From: a bacterium
GTDB lineage: Bacteria > Patescibacteriota > Patescibacteriia > Patescibacteriales > GWC2-42-12
Reading direction: 5' to 3'
Assembly (NCBI GenBank): GCA_043807825.1
Contig: JAZDFM010000034.1
Location: forward strand, 2,700-66,699
Length of the DNA: 64,000 nucleotides
In this document: piece after piece, positions 19,800 to 29,663 of the stretch
Layout of the letters: each line of letters starts with the position of its first letter
Position numbering within the stretch: the stretch's first letter is position 1
Translations under genes and position numbers: made by a program
The notes under the pieces: model-generated
The model's database searches: none
What the model saw: only the letters and a program-made list of their open reading frames with translations
Told to the model about the DNA's origin: nothing

Positions 19800-20276
19800 T
19801 TATTTTAATTTATAAACTATAACTTTCGCCGCTTCTATCACTTTGCCGTTCAGCTTATATCCAGCTTTTATTTCTTTCGCCACTTGCCCGTCCAAATTTT
19901 CATCTTCGGTTTCCTCGCTATCAACAGCATCCATTGAATTATGGTCAAATTTTTCTCCCTCAACTCTTATTTCTTCAACTCCAAGCTTGTTAAGCGCGTC
20001 TTTAAATTGCTTGGCCACATGCAGGACGCCTTTCAGCCATTCATCGGACAACTCGCCGTTATGATGTTCAATCGCCAATTTCAAATTGTCGTAGACCGGC
20101 AAAATTTCCCTTAACATCAATTCATTGGCGTAAACCGCGAATTCCATTTTTTCTTTGGCGGTCTGCTTCAGCAAATTCTGATAATCCGCCAGAGCGCGCC
20201 TGTATTTGTCTTCCAAGCTTTTTTCATCTGAAGAAACATCGTTATTTTTTTCTTCCGGCATAAATTTATTTTCCAA
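19800..20276 (-). CDS. grpE: nucleotide exchange factor GrpE
   Basis: RALADYQN, ILPVYDNL, GEKFDHN, GYKLNGKVIEAAKV. Confidence 0.95.
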   Translation of the reverse strand: MENKFMPEEKNNDVSSDEKSLEDKYRRALADYQNLLKQTAKEKMEFAVYANELMLREILPVYDNLKLAIEHHNGELSDEWLKGVLHVAKQFKDALNKLGVEEIRVEGEKFDHNSMDAVDSEETEDENLDGQVAKEIKAGYKLNGKVIEAAKVIVYKLK

Positions 20277-20952
20277 TTAAAATATTATTGACAAATTTTA
20301 TCAACGCCAAATTTTTTTCATAATTCATTCTTATCGGCCCCAAAATTCCCACCAGCCCGATATTGCCGTCAAGCTTGTATTTTGCCACGACCGCTCCGCA
20401 ATGCTCGCTGAAAGGATTTTTTGATCCCAGCATAATTTGCGGTCCCGTTTTCAAATCATTAAAAATACCGCCGATAATTTCATCAACGCGATCAATCACT
20501 TCCGAAATATCGTAAATCAATCCGGTTTCTATGAATTCAGGCTGATGCAATAAATTGGAAATGCCGGTATAATAAAGATTATTTTTATGAAATGCCCAAA
20601 AAACCGCGCTGTCGGAAATTTTCGCCATGGCTTTAGCCGCTTTTTTAAAACTGGCTTCATCTTTTTTTGACAATAAATTTTTAAAAATCGCGATTTCAGC
20701 TTCGCTCAATTTTTTTTCGCTTAAATTTTCCAAATAAAAATCATAAGCTTTTTCCGTGGGCACTCGCCCGGCTGAAGTATGGGGCTGGGCGATATATCCG
20801 GACTGTTCCAACTCGGCCATTTCATTTCTTACCGTGGCCGGAGAAATATCCAGATTATATTTATCAACCAAACCTTCGGATCCGATAGGCAAAGCTGTTT
20901 TAATATGCTCTTTAATGATTGTTTTTAATATCAATTCCTTGCGTTTATCCAT
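20266..20952 (-). CDS. hrcA: heat-inducible repressor HrcA (compact form)
   Basis: SPATVRNEMAELE..GYIAQPHTSAGRVPT, GILGPIRMNY; CIRCE upstream. Confidence 0.93.
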   Translation of the reverse strand: MDKRKELILKTIIKEHIKTALPIGSEGLVDKYNLDISPATVRNEMAELEQSGYIAQPHTSAGRVPTEKAYDFYLENLSEKKLSEAEIAIFKNLLSKKDEASFKKAAKAMAKISDSAVFWAFHKNNLYYTGISNLLHQPEFIETGLIYDISEVIDRVDEIIGGIFNDLKTGPQIMLGSKNPFSEHCGAVVAKYKLDGNIGLVGILGPIRMNYEKNLALIKFVNNILIGK

Positions 20953-20971
20953 ATTTGGCATTTTACACCAT

Positions 20972-20998
20972 TTAGCACTCTCCTGTCAAGAGTGCTAA
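20972..20998. promoter_or_regulatory. CIRCE element (HrcA operator)
   Basis: Perfect TTAGCACTC-N9-GAGTGCTAA. Confidence 0.97.
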
Positions 20999-22944
20999 TT
21001 TTTGCGGCTGAAATACCATGTCAAAACTTCATTGGCTATCGGAACCGCGGTTGAACTCCCCTCTCCGCCCTGTTCAATCAAAACGGTTATCACTATCTCC
21101 GGATTTTCATAAGGCGCGAAGCCGGTGAACCACGCGTGAGTGGGCTTGTTCGCGGCCCACTGCGCCGTTCCGGTTTTCCCCGCCACTTCCACCGGAACAG
21201 ATTGCAAGCTGCGAGCGCTTCCGGCAGTAACCGTCTGCCTCATACCCTGTCTGACAATATCCATATTTTTAGAGCTGATTATGTTTGACTTAATCGGTTT
21301 GTTTTCAACATCTCCCATCAACTCGTCCTTGCTGTTTAAAACCTGCTTGATTAAATGCGGCCTGTACAGAGAACCGCGATTGGCGAAAGCGGAGGTGTAA
21401 TATGCCACTTGGAGCGGCGTAACCAAAGTGTCTCCCTGGCCTATGGCCAAATGATAAGTATCACCTATGTACCATGGCTCGTTTTTCGTATTCTCTTTCC
21501 ATTCCGCCGTGGGCAAAAATCCGTCTGCTTCGCCCGGCATATCAATTCCGGTCTGGGAAGCCAAGCCGAATAATTTTTCGTATTTTACCATGCGCTCAAG
21601 CCCCAATCCATGAAAATTCTGATAACCGCCTCCGATATAATAGAAAAAAGTGTTGACGGATTCGGCCAAAGCGCGCCTCACATTTGTCGCCCCATGCCCG
21701 CCGGCTTTCCAGTCCGGAAAAAACCATTGCCCGATTCTTATGCCGCCGACGCTTAAAAAACTCGTATTCTCGTTGATGATATTTTCTTCAAGGGCCGCCG
21801 ACGCTATCACCGGCTTGATGGTTGAACCTGACGGATATTCTCCGCTGATGCACCGATTAAACAAGGGTATGTCCGGATGATTGGCTATTTTTTGATATTG
21901 TTCCGCCGTCATGCCGCGCGCGAAATCATTGTTATTATACGCCGGCAAGCTTACCATGGCTAAAATCTCGCCGTTATTGGGATCCAAAGCTATAGCGCAG
22001 GCTTTATTAAGATTAAGCTTTTTCAAAACGCCTATAACAGATTCTTCAAGCTTTTTCTGCAATTCAATATCAATTGATAAAACCAAATTATGCCCGTCTT
22101 CGCCGGCTTCCCGGTTTATTATTTTTTTTTCTTTTCCCAAAGCGTCAACTTCAATTTGTTTTTTGCCGTTATACCCTTTCATTTCATTTTCCCAAAAATT
22201 TTCAATTCCTGATTTTCCGATATAATCAATCGGCAGATACTCCGAGCCTGACTTAGCCAATTCTTGGTCGTTTATTTTTCCCGTATATCCCAAAATATGC
22301 GACAGCGACAAGCTGTATAAATTATATTCGCGCCTTGTCTTATTCGTTATCGCGACTCCCGGCATATTGTCGGATTCCAAATAAAGCGCCATGGCTTTTT
22401 CGTATTCAATATTGTCCGCGACAAACATCGGCTGATACGATTCAAGCGAGCCGGGTTTTATTTTTGAAAGAGAATTTAAAATATCTTCGGGATTGAAATT
22501 TTCCAAACTTTCGCTCGCTTTTTCAACAACGGTCTGCAATCCGGAATTGTCTTTAGGCAAATCCGCCGGAATAAAATACAATAAAAAATTAGCCGAATTT
22601 CTCGCCAGCGGACGATATTTGCGATCGTAAATCACCCCTCTTTTACTTTCAATTCTTTGGATTCTTATCCTGTTTCCTTCAGCCAAATCATGATAATAGC
22701 TTCCCTTAACTATCTGCAAAAAAGCCGCGCGGCATAAAATGACGCCGATGAAAAAAATCAAAACTATGTTTATTTTAAAAACTTTATTTATATCAAAATT
22801 TTTTCCTATGGTTTCTTTTGATCCCGAAGACTGATCAAGCCAGCAATCCTCCGAGCCTCGGCTTAATTTTCCCAGCTTAACATCGCCTTGTTTTATTGTG
22901 AAAGGGTGGCCTTTCTTGAATTGTTTTCTGAATGAAAAATCCAT
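20995..22944 (-). CDS. mrdA: penicillin-binding protein 2
   Basis: TM, RGVIYDR, GKSGIE, STIK (SxxK), SVN, KTGTAQ. Confidence 0.95.
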   Translation of the reverse strand: MDFSFRKQFKKGHPFTIKQGDVKLGKLSRGSEDCWLDQSSGSKETIGKNFDINKVFKINIVLIFFIGVILCRAAFLQIVKGSYYHDLAEGNRIRIQRIESKRGVIYDRKYRPLARNSANFLLYFIPADLPKDNSGLQTVVEKASESLENFNPEDILNSLSKIKPGSLESYQPMFVADNIEYEKAMALYLESDNMPGVAITNKTRREYNLYSLSLSHILGYTGKINDQELAKSGSEYLPIDYIGKSGIENFWENEMKGYNGKKQIEVDALGKEKKIINREAGEDGHNLVLSIDIELQKKLEESVIGVLKKLNLNKACAIALDPNNGEILAMVSLPAYNNNDFARGMTAEQYQKIANHPDIPLFNRCISGEYPSGSTIKPVIASAALEENIINENTSFLSVGGIRIGQWFFPDWKAGGHGATNVRRALAESVNTFFYYIGGGYQNFHGLGLERMVKYEKLFGLASQTGIDMPGEADGFLPTAEWKENTKNEPWYIGDTYHLAIGQGDTLVTPLQVAYYTSAFANRGSLYRPHLIKQVLNSKDELMGDVENKPIKSNIISSKNMDIVRQGMRQTVTAGSARSLQSVPVEVAGKTGTAQWAANKPTHAWFTGFAPYENPEIVITVLIEQGGEGSSTAVPIANEVLTWYFSRKN

Positions 22945-22945
22945 G

Positions 22946-23479
22946 TTAATATTTTTTTACCAAAAACACGGGCTTAAAACTTCTGCCGAAAAAATAAATT
23001 ATATAATAAATAATAAAAGCCATCAAAACATTAAGGCATATTTGCTTCGGCATGGAAAACAAAAAATTTTCATCCGCTATTTCCGCCGACGGATTCACAA
23101 GAGAAAAAACGGAAATAAAAAAATAAACAGCCAGCCCGCAGGCGGCTGACGCGAACCCGGAAAGGGCTAAAAAAGAATAAACCGAACGGTTGGTGAAAAA
23201 ATATTTCAAAAGAAAATTCGCTATAATCATTGTCGCGCTCAAGCTGAAAAGATAAGCGCCGAACGGCAGAAAAGAAAAAATTTCCAGCAAGAATCCTATC
23301 GCCGCCGCCCATAAAGACGCAAAGCCGAAATTTGAAAAACCCAAAATAAAAATCAAAGCCGCCAAAACCAAATTCAAATCTCCGGCCATTCCGGGCAAGC
23401 CGCTGATGAATGAAATTTGGATGATTGCCAAAATAACTATCAATATGATATTCGCGATTATTTTTATTGCCATAAACAA
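22946..23479 (-). CDS. mreD: rod shape-determining protein MreD-like
   Basis: Multi-TM, GFLLEIFSFLPFG; directly upstream of mrdA. Confidence 0.7.
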   Translation of the reverse strand: MFMAIKIIANIILIVILAIIQISFISGLPGMAGDLNLVLAALIFILGFSNFGFASLWAAAIGFLLEIFSFLPFGAYLFSLSATMIIANFLLKYFFTNRSVYSFLALSGFASAACGLAVYFFISVFSLVNPSAEIADENFLFSMPKQICLNVLMAFIIYYIIYFFGRSFKPVFLVKKY

Positions 23480-23524
23480 ATATTAGCAAAAAACCCTTAA
23501 AAAATCCATTCGGCGGCAAACCCT

Positions 23525-23593
23525 AAAAAAATGGGGCAAGCCTTGTGAGCTTGCCCCATGCGCGCGCGAGCAGGGGTGTACTCAGCGCGCGCG
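23525..23593 (-). terminator. tandem hairpins with terminator
   Basis: gcgcgcgc..gcgcgcgc stem, then ATGGGGCAAG..CTTGCCCCAT plus T-run on the minus strand. Confidence 0.75.
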
Positions 23594-23595
23594 AT

Positions 23596-23925
23596 TTATC
23601 CAACGAAAATATGTGAATTTTCGTTGAAAATAATCCAGCTGTCAAGGCAATGTAATGCCTGACAACCGTTATTTTTTATTACACGCGTGATAAGCTCTCC
23701 GGGAAACTCCCTTTCAAGCTCATCAGCGTTATATAATTTATCCCCGTAATAATATTCCGGAGATAAATTCACTTTCTCACCGTCATCGGTGAGATTAAAA
23801 AAATAAAATCCGCACGCCCCTTGCGGAATTTTAACTTTTTCAATTTCCCGGCTATTCATTTCAATAACCGGAAAATTATTTCTCCTGTAAGAAACAGGAG
23901 ACAAAAACTCCACAAAAATTTTCAT
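23596..23925 (-). CDS. hypothetical protein
   Basis: 109 aa (VEFLSP..IPQGACGFYFF..NLSPEYYYG); GGAGG SD; terminator downstream. Confidence 0.75.
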   Translation of the reverse strand: MKIFVEFLSPVSYRRNNFPVIEMNSREIEKVKIPQGACGFYFFNLTDDGEKVNLSPEYYYGDKLYNADELEREFPGELITRVIKNNGCQALHCLDSWIIFNENSHIFVG

Positions 23926-23949
23926 GGTTTGCCTCCTTTTTTTTGTTTT

Positions 23950-25743
23950 TTATTTTATATCTCCAATCTTTTGCAAATTTAACAACTTATTATACAAACC
24001 GCCCCTTTTTTCCGAAAGCTCAAAATGGCTGCCTTGCTCAACGACTTTTCCGTTTTCCAAAACAATTATTTTATCGGCTTTTTTAATCGTGCTTAACCTG
24101 TGCGCGATAATAATCACCGTCCTGTCTTTGCTGATTTTTTCCAAAGCTTGCTGAATCAATTTTTCACTGGCCGAATCAAGGCTGGAAGTGGCTTCGTCAA
24201 AAATTAAAATTTTCGGATTCGCCAAAACCGCTCTGGCCACTCCGATCCTCTGCCTTTGGCCGCCGGACAATTTGACTCCGCGTTCTCCGACCAAAGTATT
24301 ATAGCCTTGCTCCATTTTTTCAATAAACTCTTCCGCGTTGGCGATTCTGGCCGCGGCCTTTATTTCCCGCATGCTCGCTTTCGCGTTGGAATAAGAGATA
24401 TTGTCTTGGACACTGATATTGAATATTTCCACTTCTTGGGGAACGATGGCTAAAAATCTGCGAAAACTGTATATATCATAATCTTTCAAATCCTTGCCGT
24501 CAAGCAAAATTTTTCCTTTAACCGGGTCGTAATGCCTATATATCAAGCGCGCGACTGTTGTTTTTCCTCCGCCCGACGGCCCGACCAAAGCCGTGGAGCA
24601 TCCTGAATTGATTTTAAAATTAGCGTTATCAAGCGCTTTAACCCCGCCGCCTTTGTAAAAAAAATCAACTCCTTTAAATTCAATCCGTCCTTCCAGGCTT
24701 TTCGCTTTAAAACCCGAAAGCGGATTCACGATGTCAATATCTTGATTTTCCAATTTGTAAAGCCGGTTTATGGCTTCGCTTGAATCCATGATCCTGTCAT
24801 ACAGCCTTGAAATCCTGAACAGGGAAATCAAAGCTTTTTCCGAAATGGTGATTATAAAAACCAAGCTTCCGATAGTAATGCCGCCGATCCAGACAAGATA
24901 AACTCCCAAAAGCAGGATAAAAATCCGTCCGCCTGTTATGACGGAGCTTCGCAAAAAATTATATTTCAGCAATTTGAAAAATTCAAACAAAGCCACTTTT
25001 TCAGTATCTTGCTTTATTTTTTTAAATTCAACCGATTCGCGGCTTTCCTGCGAAAAAGATTTGACCGTATTTATGTTGATGATAGCTTGAGCCATTTTTC
25101 CGGCGGCTTGCTCATACAAATCATGGCGCAACAAACGCCAAGGAGAAATTTTTTTATTAAGGCTTGAAGTCAATAAAATAAATATCGGCGTAAAAAAGGA
25201 AAACGCCAAGCCGAAGCGCCAATCAACGAAAAACAATATCACGGCGGTAAATATCGTCTGGATAATGGTAGGGCCCACATCCCAGAAAAAATTTCCAAGC
25301 AAATCAACTATTTTGTCTATGCCACGCTGAATTTTAAAAATTTTATTTCCGGTATTTTCTTTTTCATGGTAGCTCAATCCCAAGCCAACCATTTTCTTAT
25401 GGGCGTTGACCGACAAATATTTTTCAACATCAACAAGAATTCTGAATAATTTTTTATCCGCTAAATAATCAATCGCGTAAAGCGCCATGTCCGAAACCAA
25501 AATCAAGCATGCCAAAATAATTATTTTCTTAATGTGCTCCGGTTTGAAATCGGCGATCAAATCTATGATTCGCTTCAATAAATACGGGCCGATGAATTTT
25601 GACAGCTCAAAAATAATCACGAAAACAAGCAAATTCATGATTCGCGAATGGGAAGCTGAAATCAATTTCCACAATCTCAGCCAAAATTGCCTCATATTCA
25701 GAGTATTTTTATTCAATTTTAAACCAAGCTCTTTTTCAAGCAT
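23950..25743 (-). CDS. ABC exporter, fused TMD-NBD (MsbA/MdlB-like)
   Basis: TM domain; GPSGGGKTT, LSGGQRQR, DEATSSLD, IAHRLSTI. Confidence 0.95.
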   Translation of the reverse strand: MLEKELGLKLNKNTLNMRQFWLRLWKLISASHSRIMNLLVFVIIFELSKFIGPYLLKRIIDLIADFKPEHIKKIIILACLILVSDMALYAIDYLADKKLFRILVDVEKYLSVNAHKKMVGLGLSYHEKENTGNKIFKIQRGIDKIVDLLGNFFWDVGPTIIQTIFTAVILFFVDWRFGLAFSFFTPIFILLTSSLNKKISPWRLLRHDLYEQAAGKMAQAIININTVKSFSQESRESVEFKKIKQDTEKVALFEFFKLLKYNFLRSSVITGGRIFILLLGVYLVWIGGITIGSLVFIITISEKALISLFRISRLYDRIMDSSEAINRLYKLENQDIDIVNPLSGFKAKSLEGRIEFKGVDFFYKGGGVKALDNANFKINSGCSTALVGPSGGGKTTVARLIYRHYDPVKGKILLDGKDLKDYDIYSFRRFLAIVPQEVEIFNISVQDNISYSNAKASMREIKAAARIANAEEFIEKMEQGYNTLVGERGVKLSGGQRQRIGVARAVLANPKILIFDEATSSLDSASEKLIQQALEKISKDRTVIIIAHRLSTIKKADKIIVLENGKVVEQGSHFELSEKRGGLYNKLLNLQKIGDIK

Positions 25744-25750
25744 ATTGCAT

Positions 25751-27148
25751 TTATTTCTTAATCAAATTTTTTCCGACTCTGAATATGTCTCCGGCGCCGA
25801 TCAGCACTATCACATCGTTTTCGCGCGCGTGTTCGCGCAAATATTTTTCGCATTGCTCCAAAGACGGAATATAAGAAACTTTTTGCGGTTTTTTTGTTTT
25901 TTTGTTGTCCCGCGTTATCGCCTCAACCAAATCTTCTCCGCTCACTCCGCCTTGTTTTTCGCGCGCCGATCCGTATATGCTCATGACAATCAGTTCGTCA
26001 ATACCGCTGAAACTCCTAACAAACTCTTTAAACAAAGCTTTCGTGCGGGTAAAAGTATGCGGATGAAAAACCGCGATCAATTTTCTGTCTCCGTATTTTT
26101 GCCTGATAGCGCCGACAACGGCTTTTATTTCCGTGGGATGATGCGCGTAATCGTCAATTATTTCCGCGCCTTTGAATTGGCCCAAAATCTGCATCCTTCT
26201 TTCCGCGCCTTTGAATTGGCCGAGGTGTTTTTTTATTTTTGAAACATCTATTTTTAATTCGCGGCAAGCCGCTATTACGGCCAAAGCGTTATAAATGTTA
26301 TGATTGCCAGCCAGCCGAATGGAAAAATCCCAAACTTCATTTTCAATCCGCGACTTCACCTTAAAATATTGCCGTCCGCCTTCAGCTCTAATGCCATAAG
26401 CCGCGTAATCGGCCGCGCGGCCGACGGAGTAAGTTATAATTCTGCCGCCACAATCCGCTTTCGCGATTTTTCTGACAGCGGAATCGTCAAAATTAGCGAT
26501 CAAAAATCCTTTTGGCGGAATCTTTTTTACAAATTCGGCGAAAACATTTTCATAGCTTTTTTTTGTTTTGAAAAAATCCGGATGATCATAATCTATATTA
26601 TTAAGCAAAACAGCTTTCGGCATATAATATTTTAATTTGTTTTGATATTCATCAGCCTCAACGGCCAAATAATCGGATTTTCCAACAAGAGAACAGCCGG
26701 CGAATTGCGGCACCCGCGCGCCAACCATAACGCTCGGATCAATGCCCGACATTTTCATAACATACCCGAGCCAAGCGGTTGTGGTTGTTTTGCCGTGCGA
26801 TCCGACGACGGCAATGCCGTATTTTTTGTTGAAAATTTCTCCCAGAATTTCGGCGTAAGATAAAATTTTTATTTTTCCCTTCAAAGCAGCGGCCACTTCA
26901 ACATTGGTTTCAGCGTTGTACGCGGTTGAATAAATTATCAGATCGGCGTTTTCGGGAATATTTTCAGAATCAAATTTCTCAATGACTTTTACGCCGGCTA
27001 TAGACAAAACAGAATCGGTCATATACTTTTCCGGCCCGTCCGAACCGCTTATTTCAATATTTCTCGCGGCCAAATACTGCGCCAGCATTGTCATGCCCAC
27101 ACCTTTCACGCCTATCATGTAGACTTTTTTCACTTTGTTCAAATTCAT
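25751..27148 (-). CDS. murC: UDP-N-acetylmuramate-L-alanine ligase
   Basis: IGVKGVGM, GSHGKTTTT, EADEY, DYDHPD, DDYAHHPTEI. Confidence 0.96.
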   Translation of the reverse strand: MNLNKVKKVYMIGVKGVGMTMLAQYLAARNIEISGSDGPEKYMTDSVLSIAGVKVIEKFDSENIPENADLIIYSTAYNAETNVEVAAALKGKIKILSYAEILGEIFNKKYGIAVVGSHGKTTTTAWLGYVMKMSGIDPSVMVGARVPQFAGCSLVGKSDYLAVEADEYQNKLKYYMPKAVLLNNIDYDHPDFFKTKKSYENVFAEFVKKIPPKGFLIANFDDSAVRKIAKADCGGRIITYSVGRAADYAAYGIRAEGGRQYFKVKSRIENEVWDFSIRLAGNHNIYNALAVIAACRELKIDVSKIKKHLGQFKGAERRMQILGQFKGAEIIDDYAHHPTEIKAVVGAIRQKYGDRKLIAVFHPHTFTRTKALFKEFVRSFSGIDELIVMSIYGSAREKQGGVSGEDLVEAITRDNKKTKKPQKVSYIPSLEQCEKYLREHARENDVIVLIGAGDIFRVGKNLIKK

Positions 27149-28431
27149 AAAATAAATTCCATGGCCTGTTTTAATATTTTTTCTTCATCCAAAATTTTCG
27201 CTTCCCTGTTCCTCACAACTATTTTTCCATTTATAATAACATTTTCCACATCGCTTCCGTTGGCGCAATAAACAAGATGGGAATACGGATCGTAAATCGG
27301 CGTCAAATGCGGCTTGTCTAAATTTACAGTGATTATATCGGCTTGTTTGCCGATTTCCAGCGATCCGATTTTATTTTCAAGCCCAAGAGCTTTTGCTCCG
27401 TTTATTGTCGCCATTTGGACAACTTGCCACGCGCTCGCGGCGGTAGGATCCATTTCGCTTATTTTATGAAGCAAGGCGCAAGCGCGCATATCGGAAAATA
27501 AATCCAAAGTGTTATTGCTGGCGGCGCCGTCAGTTCCCAAACTGATTGTAATATTTTTCATTTTAGACAAAGGCATAATGCCGGACGCTAATTTCATATT
27601 GCTGATCGGGCAATGGCTGATTTTCACTCCCCTGTTTTGATAAATTTCAATGTCATTATCATCAAGCCAGACGCTGTGCGCGGCGATTACATTATTTCCC
27701 AAAAAACCGATTGAGTCTAAATACGCGGCAGGAGATTTGCAATGCTGTTTTTTACAATTTTCTGTTTCTTTTTTTGTTTCTCCGGCATGAATATGAAGCA
27801 ATAAATTGTATTTTTCCGCTTCTTGTTTCGCTTTTATCAAAATATTTTTATCGCAAGTATAAATTGAATGCGGAGCCAAGGCGATATTTATCAATTCATC
27901 ATGTTTAAATTTTTCAGCCAGCCTTATTGTTTTATCAATCGCTTCTTCCGGAGATTTGCAGTCCGGCGTTGGAAAATTTAAAATTCCCTCGCCTATTACA
28001 GCCCGCATTCCGATTTTTTTCGCTATTTCCGCGGTAATTTCTTCAAAAAAATACATGTCATTAAAGCAAGTTGTTCCGGATTTTAGCATTTCAAGGCATG
28101 CCAATTCGCTTGCCCGCCTTACAAATTCTTCATTGACATACTTGGCTTCGGCCGGCCAGATATGCTTTTCCAGCCATTCTTGCAGAGGCAGATCATCGGC
28201 AAGTCCGCGAAAATAAACCATGGCCGCGTGGGTGTGGGTGTTAATCAGACCAGGCATTACAATGCTGTTTCCGGCGTCAATAATTTTCCCGGCATTATAA
28301 TTTTTTATTTCATCGCCAGCGCCTGCGGCAATAATTTTATTTCCAGCCACGGCGACAAAACCGTCTTTAATGACAGACAAATTTTCATCCATTGTCAGAA
28401 TGTATTTTCCTTTGATTATCAAATCGCGCAT
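27145..28431 (-). CDS. mtaD: MTA/SAH deaminase-like amidohydrolase
   Basis: NTHTH, APHSIYT, HIHAGET, HCPISNMKLASG, LGTDGAASNN; start trimmed out of the repeat. Confidence 0.82.
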   Translation of the reverse strand: MRDLIIKGKYILTMDENLSVIKDGFVAVAGNKIIAAGAGDEIKNYNAGKIIDAGNSIVMPGLINTHTHAAMVYFRGLADDLPLQEWLEKHIWPAEAKYVNEEFVRRASELACLEMLKSGTTCFNDMYFFEEITAEIAKKIGMRAVIGEGILNFPTPDCKSPEEAIDKTIRLAEKFKHDELINIALAPHSIYTCDKNILIKAKQEAEKYNLLLHIHAGETKKETENCKKQHCKSPAAYLDSIGFLGNNVIAAHSVWLDDNDIEIYQNRGVKISHCPISNMKLASGIMPLSKMKNITISLGTDGAASNNTLDLFSDMRACALLHKISEMDPTAASAWQVVQMATINGAKALGLENKIGSLEIGKQADIITVNLDKPHLTPIYDPYSHLVYCANGSDVENVIINGKIVVRNREAKILDEEKILKQAMEFIL

Positions 28432-28439
28432 AATTTGTC

Positions 28440-28566
28440 TGTCATTGCGAGCGACTGAAAGGAGCGAAGCCTGCCTCGCGTTGCGACGCAAGGCGGGCAA
28501 TCTAACGGATAATTAATTAAGCCAATAGTTCGTGAGATTGCTTCGTCGGGACTCCTCGCAATGACA
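28440..28566. repeat. family-A REP inverted pair with nested hairpin
   Basis: Shares a 32-bp exact segment (28472-28503) with 19176-19207. Confidence 0.9.
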
Positions 28567-28574
28567 ATTAGTTT

Positions 28575-29663
28575 TTATTTTAACAAATTTTTAATTATTT
28601 TCGCCATAGATTGATTGGCTCCTTTTTTCATGGCTCCCGCCATATTCGCCGATAAACCCGCCAGCGCTTCTTTATCGGCCAGTAAATCTTTTATCAAGGC
28701 GGCAAAATTTTCCGGCGTCAGATTTTTTTGTTCCAAGACAATGGCGGCATTTTTATTTTTAAAAAATTCCGCGTTTTCTTCCTGATGCGAATTCGGCATG
28801 GGGATTATCACGCATGGCTTGCCCAAATAGGACAGCTCGGAAAGCATGCCGATGCCGGCGCGCGTTATAACCAAATCGGCGGCATTCATAATTTCGGCCA
28901 TTTTTTCCACGCCCAAAAATTCATATCGTTCATAATTTCCGCTTTTCACCTCCGTGTTTCCGCCTTTATTCTTCCCTGTTATATGCGCCACGCGGCAAAA
29001 CTTCGCCAATTCGCTTATACTATTTTCCACTAACTTATTGATCGCCGCAGACCCTGTTCCTCCGCCCAAAATCAATACTGCTGGAAAATCTTTGTTTATG
29101 CTTTGCGTTTTCAAACTCCGCCTTACCGGATTTCCGATCCACACGGCTTTTTTACCGTAATCTTTAAGGGAGCTTTCAAACACAACAGTCACGGCTTTGG
29201 CGAACGGCGCCATCAGCTTATTGGCCAGTCCGGCCGCGACATCCTGTTGATGAATTAAAATCGGAACACGCAATATCCATGCCGCCCAAATCGCCGGAAC
29301 GCTCACAAAACTGCCGGCGCTCATAGCCAAATCCGGCCGTGATTTCAGCATGATAAATAACGCCTGCCAAAAAGCTATTTTAATTTTAAAAATATCAAAA
29401 AAATTTTTAAAAGAAAAATAACGGCGCAACTTTCCGCCGCTTATAGCCATAAATTTAATTCCGGCGCGCTCTACCATCTCTCGCTCCGGCCCGAATTTCG
29501 TTCCCAGCCACAAAAATTCAAAATTGCCGCAAATTTTAAGCTCTTCAGCCGTGGCCAACAGCGGCGACACCGATCCGCCTGTTCCTCCGCCGGTTAACAA
29601 AATTTTATCCGCCTCGACTCGCCGAGGCGGACGAGACGGGTATTTTTTATTTTTTAAATTCAT
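28575..29663 (-). CDS. murG: MurG glycosyltransferase
   Basis: LTGGGTGGS, GKLRRY, GNPVR, GGGTGS, RAGIG, HQEENA. Confidence 0.95.
   Translation of the reverse strand: MNLKNKKYPSRPPRRVEADKILLTGGGTGGSVSPLLATAEELKICGNFEFLWLGTKFGPEREMVERAGIKFMAISGGKLRRYFSFKNFFDIFKIKIAFWQALFIMLKSRPDLAMSAGSFVSVPAIWAAWILRVPILIHQQDVAAGLANKLMAPFAKAVTVVFESSLKDYGKKAVWIGNPVRRSLKTQSINKDFPAVLILGGGTGSAAINKLVENSISELAKFCRVAHITGKNKGGNTEVKSGNYERYEFLGVEKMAEIMNAADLVITRAGIGMLSELSYLGKPCVIIPMPNSHQEENAEFFKNKNAAIVLEQKNLTPENFAALIKDLLADKEALAGLSANMAGAMKKGANQSMAKIIKNLLK

Noticed and set aside
25487-26242. 251-aa antisense ORF and many other shadow ORFs
   Set aside because: They lie opposite well-supported genes and have no recognisable motifs.
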